Source: Euglena gracilis (taxonomy: Eukaryota). From it: a DNA stretch of 64,000 nt. A program made the position numbers and the translations under genes. Of the stretch, positions 1-11,152 are shown piece by piece; within the stretch, counting starts at the first letter, position 1; each line of letters opens with the position of its first letter. The stretch covers positions 30,012,395-30,076,394 of the forward strand of contig CP154954.1 of NCBI GenBank assembly GCA_039621445.1, written 5' to 3'. The notes below the pieces were generated by a model. That model was not told the origin of the DNA. It worked only from the letters and a program-made list of their open reading frames with translations, and did not search any database.

Positions 1-158
1 ACAGATGACCTCATTCAAAACGTGCCTGAACACAGATGCCTTCATTCAAAACGTGTCATTGCCACAGATGCCCTCATTGAAAACGTGCCTAACCACAGAT
101 GCCTTCATTGAAACGTGTCATTGCCACACATGCCCTCATTGAAAACGTGTTCATGACC
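1..158. repeat. Minisatellite, ~5 units of ~31 bp (acagatgccctcattsaaaacgtg...)
   Basis: Tandem units start at about 1, 32, 64, 95 and 126; no unique spacers; truncated by the window edge. Confidence 0.85.
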
Positions 159-3093
159 ACGAATTTCAGGGCAGGCATTTGGCGGGCTGAACACGTTTTT
201 AAGACCCTGGTGCAAAATTTCCGTTGATAAGGTCTAAGATACCCCCCCCCCCCCCGTGGCCGTAACCACAACAATGTTTTCCAATGCATTTCGACCGGAT
301 TTTTTTTGTCGACATTTTCACCGTTCATGAGTTCCCCCCCCCCCCCCCCTCTCACATTCGGCCGAAAGGGATGGTATGGGGAGCCGAAATGCTGAATTTC
401 CATTTTTTTTCACCTTTTTTGAATTTTTTTTTAGTGATGGACATGGCTCCCACAGCCCCCGCTCTCATCGGCGCTCCGCCGGCGGCCCCGGCCACCGAGG
501 CCCCCCAATGCCGAGGGCGGGAACAGGCGGGTCAACCCCGCCAACCCCATTTGACCCTCTCGGTCCTGCGACAAAGGAATGACCACCAGCCCAGATTTTT
601 TCCATCGCGTTTTTTCCCTCATTATGCATTGGAACGGGGTCGGCTGGTTACCCAAAATCATTGACACCGCATCAATGATGATGTGCCTATCCCCTACACC
701 CTCGCTCCACACGGTTCACAAAACGTATTTCAGTGAAGTTCGTCAAAGGGGATTGGGTGGCACTATATTTGAAGCTGACCTCATTTGACTCCCAAGGAAT
801 CGGCTTTTGAGGCCGCCCGTTCCATTTCGAGGCCGGAGTTTTTGAGACTCCCGGCCATTCGGTCGGCATAGTGCCACAATTTTTATCGATGAGGTAACCA
901 AGGGAGAGCCGACAAGATTGCGAGGGTGTTTGACTTTTTTACCATAATTCAACGTCCCTTCGATTCATATCGGTTACCAACAAAAAAAAGGGCTGGCGGG
1001 GAGATACGCCAGGAGATGGGGCTGCCCCCCGACCGTTGGCGGACATCCTCGTTTCGGAAGCCACACCGTTGGATGCGCGCGGAGTGGGGTGACGGGAAGG
1101 GGAATGGTAAGGGCAAGGGTAAGGGTTATGGCAAAGGGAGGTGGAGATTCGAGCTATATGGTGGGAAAGGGGGAAAGGGAGGTAAGGGGAAGGGAGGGAA
1201 GGGATTTAGGCAAGCCAGGGCCATAACTTACATTTTTTAACCCCCAGCCAACCGACTAATACCCACTTCGGGTGGGTGTCAAGGAGGCGAAATGGCGATT
1301 GGAGGTAGATTTTTGCCCCCCCCCCCCAGGATGTTGCTCATCGTTCGAACTCGGTCCATGGTCGATTCCAAACATTACGCCCAACCTTCTTTCACAATTT
1401 CTCGGTATTTTTCTGCCCCCCCTTTTTTCATGCAACGTCACCGATTTTTGTTTCACTTTCAAAGTGATTTCAAAAGCCAATTTCTGAAGTCACCGCATTT
1501 TTTGGGGTGAATTTTCGTATCGAATCAACAGTTTTTTTTGTTCATTACCATTTCTGTGACCAGGGTTGACGTTTTTTTTTAAAAAAAACAAAAAAACATG
1601 TTTTTTAAAAAAAAACGCAAAAAAAACATGTTTTTTTTTTGAAAAAGCAAAAATTGACCTTTTTCCTTGCGAAATGACCATTTTTTTGAAGAAAATTTTT
1701 CGCGGGTGGCTCGGGTCACAAGGGGGGGTCACGGGGGGTCACGAGGGGGGGTCACATTTTCGGTGGCCAGATTAGAAATCACCGAAAACAAATTTTTGGG
1801 AAAAAATCCTTTTTAGGCTCCAAAATAGGAATCCCCCAAACGAAAATTAGGAAATCTACCGGAATATTTTGTCAAATTAGGCATCACCGGCCAAGTTTTC
1901 AGAAAAAATGGCCGAAACGGGTCTTAGGTCGGGTTGGGGGAGGGGGTCAGGGGGGGAGCACCCCCTGTGAAGTTTTTTTTTTCAAATGTGTGAAAGTATT
2001 TCCAAATCTGTGTTTTCTGGTGCGAAAAATCATGCTTTCAACCCAAAAAATGAATGTTGTAGAGATAAAAAATGCACCTTTTCCCAAAAAAAACATTGCA
2101 AAAATTTTTTCCCCCAGACCCTCCATGGCGTTTTTTTTTAAAAAAAACATGTTTTTTTATAAAAAAACATGTTTTTTTGTTTCTAAAAAAAACAAGCCGT
2201 CAACCTTGTCTGTGACCCCCCTATTCGCGGGTGTGAAGCTCGATCATTTCGATCCCCAGGATTTTCGGTATGCATGATTTTTCTGCCAAGTACTCCGACG
2301 GTATGTTTTTTCGTTCTTCCTCCCATTCATGGGTTAAGATGAGACGTCGAAATTTTCTGATGCCTTTTCAAGCATAGTGGGCCGGCCTGTTTTTTTTTGA
2401 CGTTGTTTTTTTGTTTTTTTTAATTCTAACAATGTTTTTTTTAAAAAAAGCAAAAAAAAACGCCCAGTGGGTTTTGCATAAAAAAATTTGAATGCATTTT
2501 TTCAATTATTTTTGGCAACTTCTGGGTAATTTCTGCCAAAAACTTCCATCCACAAAAAAAATGAAAAAAGTCACAAAATTCCATTTTTGTTGCATTTTTG
2601 GATGTTTTTGACCTTTTTTGGTAGTTTTTGAACTTAGTAGGATTCAAAGAATGGTTTGGAAGTTTCATAACGAGTTTTTTCAATGAAATTTTCCTTTTGT
2701 TTTTTTTTGATGTTTTTTTTACTGTTTTTTTTTTAAAAAAAAACATGTTGTTTTGTTTTTTCAAAAAAAAATGCCGACTATGTTTTCAAGACCGTTTCTT
2801 TCCCGAATTCTCAAAAATTTTGTATTTTCTGGGATTTTTTTGATTGTGTATGCATCATCGGTTTAGTTGTTGATCACAGGTTTTCATCATCCCCCCCCCC
2901 CAGCCGATTGAGTCGTGTTTTCCTTTTTATCGCTTTTTTTGATTTTTTGAGATTTTTTGATTCCGCCGCCCAAGGGAATTGGTTTATTAATTCTCCCCCT
3001 CCTTTTTTTTCCCGGCAGGACCCTGATTTTTTTGCCATTTTTGCCATTCGTCGTTTCGTTCGGTAATTTTTGAAGGAATTCTGGTTGTTTCAT

Positions 3094-3830
3094 ACCACCC
3101 CCGCTTTATTTGACCCCCCCCCCCTTAATTGAGCATTTGGGTCAGGGGAAATTTTTTTTCATGTGCCGAAGGCGCCGAAAATTTTTTTGCCCTATTTCTA
3201 AAGGAATTTTTGACCACCCCTTATTTGACCCCCCCCCTTATTTGAGCATTTTGGGGGTCAAATGATTCATGTGCTTGGCTACACCAGCCAACCACAAGTC
3301 AAAACAGTGGGGTAAAAAACAATTCTACCAACGGTGGAAATTCAGGGTCGCGAAAATGAACGAAAACGTGCAATCAGATTACTTGGTGTAATACAGATAA
3401 AATCAAATGGCAGCCTCCATTGTCATTGAAGGGGGGGGCGATGAATCACGACCACATGGATCTTAGCATGTCAATGCGCACCTCCTTGTGGCACAAACAT
3501 CTTTCCCCTGGGGGGGGATGATAATTCTAAAAACTGTGATGTTTGTGTGCCACATAAATCCGAAAATCAAGAAGTTGGCCAAAAGATCTCCCTGCCGAAA
3601 CTCCCCAACGCGAACAACGATGACTTGCAACAGGGTTTCAAAAAAAATATCCGAAAAAATGAAAATTCGCCAAACTGCGATCGACAAAAAATGAACCATC
3701 CAAGAAACCATGTGGGGGGGGGCTCTTGCACTTCATGAAAATAAGAAATAAAAAAATGATGTGGATTCTATGGGGGGGTGGCTGCCAAACGAACAAATTG
3801 ACTCAAAAGTCAATAATAACGGGGGCAGGC
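3094..3830. mobile_element. MITE-like element, copy 1
   Basis: Imperfect inverted ends ccccgctttatttgac / gtcaataataacgggg; ~600 bp near-identical to 5071-5695. Confidence 0.6.
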
Positions 3831-4139
3831 ATCGCCCGGTATTTCAGTTGTTTGTCGTTTAAAACTCGTTTTTTATTGTAGAGTTTACAACATTTTGTAT
3901 TTAGGTCGTTTTTTTATACACACGAGGGGGTCTGCGGCTACCCTAAAGGGACTTTGTCGCATCAGTATGGAAGGCCACTGCGGATGAGTTCCCTCGTCGG
4001 CTTTTAAGAGCAAACCAAAGTTGCCGCCAGCTGAACAGAATTAAAAGTGCGTCGTGACCGAGGCAGACCCGACCCAGGCTCAACAGGGAGGGTTTTTGGA
4101 CAAGGACCCCCGGAAAAAATAAAACAGGCCCCCCCCCCA

Positions 4140-4410
4140 CCTGTGTCTCAAAACTTGCCCGAGCAAGATTTGTGGCCCACAGCTGTGCCCAAGGTGTGCC
4201 CAGTCCCCAAAATGTGCCAGGAAACTGGATCCAAAATGCTTTCCCCAACTGTGGCCAAGATGTGTGACATCAAAATGTTGCCCCCAGCTGTGGCACCAAA
4301 CTGCCCCCAAGATGTGCACCAAAACGTCCCCAAAATGTGCCAACAAGCTGGACCCAAAATGTTTCCCCCTCTGTGGCAAAGGTGTGGCCTCCAATATGCG
4401 GCACCAAAAT
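4140..4410. repeat. Degenerate ~22-bp tandem array (tggcccca..ctgtg.ccaa family)
   Basis: Periodic ccccaa/tgtgcc motifs; similar array at ~49990-50300. Confidence 0.55.
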
Positions 4411-5070
4411 GGGGGAGGGGGGGATGAATGTTGCAGTTGCTGGTTTGACAAAACAAAAACAGTTTGAAAGATATTTTTTCAGATCTGGGCAAGGCAAAAC
4501 ACATCTGAAACATAAATGGAACCAAAGGTACCAATAACTTCTGCAGCACAGCACGATGAACTTCTGCAGCACCTCCTCAAACGCTGCTCAAGTTGTTCAT
4601 TAACTTTTCTTTCGACGTACTTAACTTTCAAGCAAAACACCTGGACCTTGAAGCTTGTGACTTGAAGTGTGGCAACTTGTTCTTAAAACCCTTCTTGAAG
4701 TCCTCCATGGGCCTTAACTTGTTGCCTGTATGAAAGAAAGAAGCCAATCTGAATGAAAGAATGTGTCTCCATACATGTCTTCCAGTGACATATTAGGCAT
4801 CTCCATTTTCGCGAATCGCGAATTGTTTAAAACTATGCCCTTTTTTTTTAACATTCTTTTCTTTTTTACGGTGGTGGGGCGAACTGAATCCACCGACCAG
4901 TGGCGCAGCCTACTGGATTTGAAGTGATCCGGGGGGAAGGCTAGTGTACAGATGGGGGAAACCCCATGGGAAGTCAGGGTGTGTACAAGCACAAACTATG
5001 CCCTGAAAAATATCAGTGTTTTAATCAAAAGGGCAAATGTTTCTGTTTTAAACGCTTTATATTCAATGCC

Positions 5071-5695
5071 TGACCCCCCCATTATTTGACCCCCCCCCCC
5101 CTTATTTGAGCATTTTGGGGGTCAAATGATTCATGTGCTTGGCTACACCAGCCAACCACAAGTCAAAACAGTGGGGTAAAAAACAATTCTACCAACGGTG
5201 GAAATTCAGGGTCGCGAAAATGAACGAAAACGTGCAATCAGATTACTTGGTGTAATACAGATAAAATCAAATGGCAGCCTCCATTGTCATTGAAGGGGGG
5301 GGGGGCGATGAATCACGACCACATGGATCTTAGCATGTCAATGCGCACCTCCTTGTGGCACAAACATCTTTCCCCTGGGGGGGATGATAATTCTAAAAAC
5401 TGTGATGTTTGTGTGCCACATAAATCCGAAAATCAAGAAGTTGGCCAAAAGATCTCCCTGCCGAAACTCCCCAACGCGAACAACGATGACTTGCAACAGG
5501 GTTTCAAAAAAAATATCCGAAAAAATGAAAATTCGCCAAACTGCGATCGACAAAAAATGAACCATCCAAGAAACCATGTGGGGGGGGGCTCTTGCACTTT
5601 GTGAAAATAAGAAATTAAAAAAATAATGTGGATTTTGTGGGGGGGGGGTGGCTGCCAAACGAACAAATCGGCTCAAAAGTCAGTAATAACGGGGG
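5071..5695. mobile_element. MITE-like element, copy 2
   Basis: Near-identical direct repeat of 3211-3825. Confidence 0.65.
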
Positions 5696-6234
5696 TGTTC
5701 CCCCCCGTTCCCCCCGCGTCCCCCCCCCCCCCGCGTCCCCCCCGCCTCCCGGATTTTGGCCGGGCACGTTTTTTGGTCGACCAAAGGAAAATTACATACA
5801 AATTTAGGTGACGCCAAAGAAAATGTGTGGTGGTGGTTGGGCCACGGTTCCCCCCCGCGTCCCCCCCGTGTCCCCCCCCCCCGCGTCCCCCCCCCCCGCG
5901 TCCCGAACCACCCCCAACAAAATCAACATCAACATAAACAACAAAACCGTGGGGAAGAACGAGAGAAGGCTGCCTTCGCATGAAAATGGGACAAGTTGAC
6001 GATGATGCGCCTCCTCCAGGTCACCACCGTGTGTCATTCTCCACAAATGTTGAAGAACGGGAATTCTTCCAAGTTGAACCACAAAATGTGATCATTTCCC
6101 GTCAACGTTCCCTTCAAGCTGGGGGGGGCTCCAACTCAACCAAGAAACGGTTTCGGATGCTTGAGGTAATGAAACCAACAACGGTGGAAATGAATTGAGA
6201 GAAACAAAAGTGAGTAGCCAGAATAATCACCACA

Positions 6235-6302
6235 AAACAAACAAACAAACAAACAAACAAACAAACAAACAAACAAACAAACAAACAAACAAACAAACAA
6301 AA
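6235..6302. repeat. (AAAC)n microsatellite
   Basis: Directly visible. Confidence 0.98.
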
Positions 6303-8319
6303 ACTCTCCCATTGAAGGGGGGCACTTGAATGGTGTGTGCGCGAGAAATGAAAATTTTTTTGCATCTCCCACACTTTTCGGTAGACCGTGTGAGGACCAG
6401 GGGGGGGGGAAACACCACCAACACAAAACAAAAAAATTTGGTTGATATGGTGAGAAACAGCTTGGACGGTGAGAAGGGACCGGTGATTCAGAAAAGGTTG
6501 CTGAAGATGTTGCGTTGCTGTCAAAACCTGCAATGCAAGAAATTCGCATGGGCATCGCTAGAAAAGCAAAACCAAACAAGCAATCAAACAAGGAATCCAA
6601 CACAATGCAAAATCGAAGAAACTCAAATGTTCCTACCCCTGAAGTATGTGGCCTTAATCAAATGCACACCATGCCTATCGTTGTTTTTCATGTAATCAAC
6701 AATATCAAAACGTAAATTTTTGCTAGCCACATAATCCCTCCAATCCTTTGAGTATCGGTGGATAAATTTGTCAGGGGCTCCCAAGTTAAATCCTCGTACC
6801 CTCCCCATTTCACGAGAAATTCAAGTCTGCCAAATTTGTTGACTCGGTGCTTCAAAATTTTTTCAGCGTCCCATTCATCCAAACCCGAATCAAAATCCTC
6901 CTTGGTTGGTTAAAAATGAAGCATCTCCAATTTTTCATTGGCAAACTCATCCTCAAAATGTTGTTTCATTTGGCTACGGTGCAAGGAAATGACATGTCCA
7001 GGTTTTATTTCCACCTCGTAACTCAATTCCCCAATACGACTGACAATGGGACAGGGACCAACCCACCAACTTTGCATTTGTCGGCGGATAATCCCCTTGG
7101 ACGTAAAACCCAATCCTTTTGTCCAACCTGAAATGGACTTGGAACCTTACGATCATTATTCAAAGCCTCAAATTGCTTTTGGTGCAAGGCATTGAGAATA
7201 TCGGAGACCTTCTTGTCCAAACTCGAAATGTGCTCAAAAAAGGTTGATGCATCGGCACACTCGGGTCCTTGCAAAAAAGGAAGATCAGGTTGCAAAGGGT
7301 CGCGACCAAAAAGAATTTGGTACGGAGAAAAACCTGATTCACCTGGGGTTCTTTGCAAATGCTTGAGGGCAAGTGGCAAAACCTCCACCCAATTCATATC
7401 CACGTGTCGAGTCTGAATTTTCCTCATAAATTGCTTCAAAGCCTTACCCGCCACTTCAGCCCTACCATTGCCTTGGTGGTACCCCGCGTGACAAAAAGTG
7501 TTTTGAACCCCAAATGGCCGCACAACGTTCTCCAAAAAGCAGCTGCAAATTGGGGTCCAACCACCCTTGGGACACCAAACAATGATGCAAAAGGGTTTGT
7601 TTTGCCACTCGTTTTGCGGTGAGACCCACTCTTGATTAGGGAAATGCCACAACCCACCCACTGTGGCGATCAACAATGACAACCATACAATTATAAAAAA
7701 CATCCACCGCAATGTTATCCATGGGAATGGGGGGTATGGGTGTGGGCTTCAATGGAAGTTTGTTGCTTTCATGCAAATGATTGTTGGCTTGGCAGATTTC
7801 ACATTTTTTGTTGATCTCCCAACACAACAAACGACCTCTTGATTTGTCGGGGAGGACATACCGCCTCAAAAGTTCCATAAATAATTTTTCTCGGCCCGTA
7901 TGCCCATGAACCAAATGGAGTTCGTGAACCAAAATGGAAGCAAAGTTGTTGGCACATACAATTTTGTCTCGAAAAACGAAAAATCACCGTGCCTTTGGAA
8001 ACCAATGGGCCACTCACTTGCAGAATTTTGGACCTTTTCCCATGAATCCCTGAAAATTGGACACATTGCATAAGCACTTGGCCAGTTTCTGTCAAACACA
8101 TTTCCGACATCAAGCACGGGAGAGGGGCCAACATCCAAAGTCATACCACGACCTTGAGTCGGTAAATTGTTCCCCAAATTTGAAGTTGACGACGGTCAAG
8201 CACTTGAACCAAATTGTCCATCTTGAGATAAATGAGAATTGGCATCGTTTGAGTTGGGATGAACCTGTGGGAGGGGGACAGAAACTTTTTTTCCTTTTCT
8301 TTTGCCATAGCACGAGTTA

Positions 8320-9385
8320 TGGCTGCCACCCTTTGAGGTTTCCCTGTGAGCAAATATTCAATGAGCAAGGGGGGACTCTCTATTTCATTCTTATTGAAGG
8401 TTGGGACCCCAACCCCCCAAGCCATTGTCTATGGTGCTTTCTCCCACGTGGCAGGGGGGGGGGAAATTATGCGGTCCGCATTATTCCGCATTATTCCGCA
8501 TTTTTCCGCATTTCCGCATTATTCCGCATTATTCCGCATTTTTCCGCATTTTTCCGCATATTTTCCGCATTTTTTTGTAAATTTTCCGCATTTTTCCGCA
8601 TTTTCGCATTTGACCGCATTTTTTCCGCATTTTTCCGCATTTTTCCGCATTTTTCCGCATTTTTCCGCATAATTTCCGCATTATCCCGCATTTTCCGCAT
8701 TTTTCCGCATAATTACTGCATTTTTTCCGCATAATTTCCACATTTTTCCGCATAATTTCCGCATTTTTTGTGAATTTTTTACGTTTCAGGTCGACTACGA
8801 GGTTCATTGTTTCCCCAATATGTTGGGGCACAAGTGCTCGTCTTTTCATCTCTCTGTTTTATACATAATTTGTGCTTTGTTTTTCCATTGCATTTTGGTG
8901 ACTTCTGGCAAGCTTGGGCATCAGCGATGGGAATCAAATAGCATCGGGACCCTGCATATTGTGAGGTAGAAATATATCTATCCTCTCCATGTGACCTGGG
9001 ACTCCACAGAATTTCGGCATGTTTTCCGCATTTTCCGCATTTTTCCGCATATTTTCCGCATTTTTCCGCATAATTTCCGCATTTTTTCCCCGCCTGCCAG
9101 ACCGCATAATTTCCCCCCCCCCCCCCCTGCACGTGGACCCACTACCATTTCGGAACATTCATTTGGATTGCAAAGCACATTCTCCAAAGACCTTATTGAA
9201 TCGGGACCCCAAATTCTGGTTGGTTTTTTGTATCCATAATTCTCAAACCTACAATAATCCACATCAATGTTGGAAATTTCTTTCATGAACTTTTGATTCC
9301 GAAGTAACCCAAAACGTGGATTTTCAATGAACCATTTGGCAGGTTTGAAAAAGGAAATGATCTCCAAAGTTTTCTTTGCCAAACA
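8320..9385 (-). pseudogene. C5 cytosine DNA methyltransferase-like C-terminal half inside the Gypsy pol, split by a MITE
   Basis: KTLEIISFFKPAKWFIENPRFGLL (motif VI ENP), VDYCRFENYGYKKPTRIWG (motif VIII-like) and, past the MITE, PPLLIEYLL (motif X-like). Motifs I-IV absent. Confidence 0.75.
8452..9129. mobile_element. MITE with CAGGG TIRs, 7-bp TSD and subterminal ttttccgcat arrays
   Basis: TIR cagggggggggggaaattatgcggtc / gaccgcataatttcc..cctg; cacgtgg duplicated at 8445-8451 and 9130-9136. Confidence 0.92.
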
Positions 9386-9508
9386 ATTAGCACCCTTTTC
9401 ACATAACGGATTTCAAGTTTTAATTTTGAAAGCAACAAATGCCAACGGGCTCTTCGGCCTGTTGGACCACCAGGCATTTCCAAATCCTCGGTCAAAATAC
9501 TAATTTTA

Positions 9509-11152
9509 CAGCCGGGACCCAGAGATATTGAAACTTTCGGACAAATAATTGAAACTTTTGGACAAAGTTATTGAAACTTTTGGACAAAATTATTGAAACT
9601 TTTGGACAAAGTAATTGAAACTTTTGGACAAAGTTATTGAAACTTTTGGACAAAGTTATTGAAACTTTTGGACAAAGTTATTGAAACTACCAAAAAATTT
9701 TGGTAGTTGGGGGGAACTCTGCTGGACCTCCCCTGGGGGGCGGAGGATGCCTGAGGCTGGAATGGCTTGGAGCAGGCCGGGAGGGACAGGTAGATTTTGC
9801 TTCTCCACCAACTAGGATTTCTGAGTCATGGCCAGTCCCCCCCAGGACTCAAAAACAGCTTTTCTGGGTCCGGGAGGCCAAAGGGGGTCACTGAGCTCTT
9901 ATACCTTTGTGGGTGAGAGCGAAGCTTACCACCGGGAAAGGGGTTGTTTGACCCCCCGCCCCCCCCCCCCCGCCCGCCCCTGGGTAAGACCGCGAAAACT
10001 GCAGATTATTACCATGATCTCGGCTCCGTTCCCATAATTTTTTTTGAGTCACAAGCGACTGGAGTTTCTGAATAACCTCCGTTTGACCCACAACTCCTCG
10101 CCAGGCCCAAGTTATTCACCCGCGAAGGGGTCCAAACTGGGTAGGATTTGCCACCCCCCCAGTTTCGACTCTGCCATTTCGCCGGGGTAAGATTATCGGT
10201 CAAAAAAGTTGATTTTTCGAAAATATTTCGAGAAATGTACATTATTTCCGGAAGTGTCGGTCTGACAAAATGTGCCCCTGGAGGCCTTCTATCACCCCCC
10301 ATTCGCCATTTTGGCTGCCGACACGCCTGGCCCCTGTTACCGCGCGCTTTTGTGGCCGAAAACAGCCATTTTGGAGTGTTTTGGGGCCATTTTTTTTCGT
10401 CAAAAAAATCGATTTTTTTTTCAAAATATCTCGACAATGAAGCAAAATCAAAGAAAATATCCGGAGAGCAAAGTGAAGCCCTTGGAATGCCCTATCCAAC
10501 CATGGCTGCATGGGTTATTTCCCCCCCCAACTCTTCGTGTAACCCAAGTTACGACCATTTTTCGGCTAATTTCGGCCATTTTGTGCAGTTTTGGCTAACC
10601 CGAGCATGAGATAAGGTTGGGGGGGGGAAGATCGGGGGGAGGGGGAGATCGGGGCGGTCAACAAATTTCTTTTGGCAAACCCTGGCCCGGACCCTGGACC
10701 TGGACCGGGGATGGTGAGGGGCCCAACTCACCATTCTTTGCCCCGCTTCCAAATGTGAAATTGATGGGGTTCTGTGAGGGCACTGGTTTTTTCCCCTTTG
10801 CCTGCGGTTGCCTGTTGGAACTGCACATGCTTTTTTTTATTTGGAGGAATGGTGTGATTGTCGTCAAAATTGGACGGTATTCTGATGAACCAAACTGACC
10901 AAGTGTCAAACAAAGTGAAGTGTTTAAAGGCATGGGAATACATTTTAAAAACAATGTGAGGACTTCCTCAGTTCATGTGATTATTTTTTTTGGTAGTTTC
11001 AATAACTTTGTCCAAAAGTTTCAATAACTTTGTCCAAAAGTTTCAATAACTTTGTCCAAAAGTTTCAATAATTTGTCCAAAAATTTCAATAATTTTGTCC
11101 AAAAGTTTCAATAATTTTGTCCAAAAGTTTCAATAACCCTGTCCACTCACTG
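9509..11152. mobile_element. Non-autonomous TIR element (Tc1/mariner-like, TA-flanked) with inverted 22-bp arrays
   Basis: ta|cag...ctg|ta ends; ttattgaaacttttggacaaag ~7 times at 9526-9687 and ~6 inverted copies at 10996-11135; another repeat family nested inside. Confidence 0.7.

Larger units (their letters stand above)
6700..9495 (-). mobile_element. Decayed Ty3/Gypsy (chromodomain-bearing) LTR retrotransposon pol remnant
   Basis: Minus-strand order: RNase H tail (RRARWHLLLSKLKLEIRYVK, 9390-9495), MTase fragment, integrase zinc finger (HLVHGH...CEIC, 7790-7930), integrase core (IAVDVF, VIVDRHSGW, GPQF, YHQGNGRAE), GPY/F-like WVGPC, chromodomain (WDAEKILKHR...EFLVKWGGYEDLTWEP, 6720-6880). 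Many frameshifts; no LTR seen. Confidence 0.9.

Noticed and set aside
1-158. CRISPR-like periodic repeat
   Set aside because: Units are contiguous with no unique spacers, there are no cas genes, and the context is eukaryotic.
560-1240. ORF fragments including a GKGKGKG run
   Set aside because: Possibly a decayed TE ORF, but no recognisable domain.
8057-9288. ORFs with FSAFFRI / MRKNAE repeats
   Set aside because: Translations of the ttttccgcat array in the MITE.
9526-9687. 22-bp array as iterons or CRISPR
   Set aside because: No spacers; mirrored by an inverted array at ~11 kb, consistent with TE subterminal repeats.
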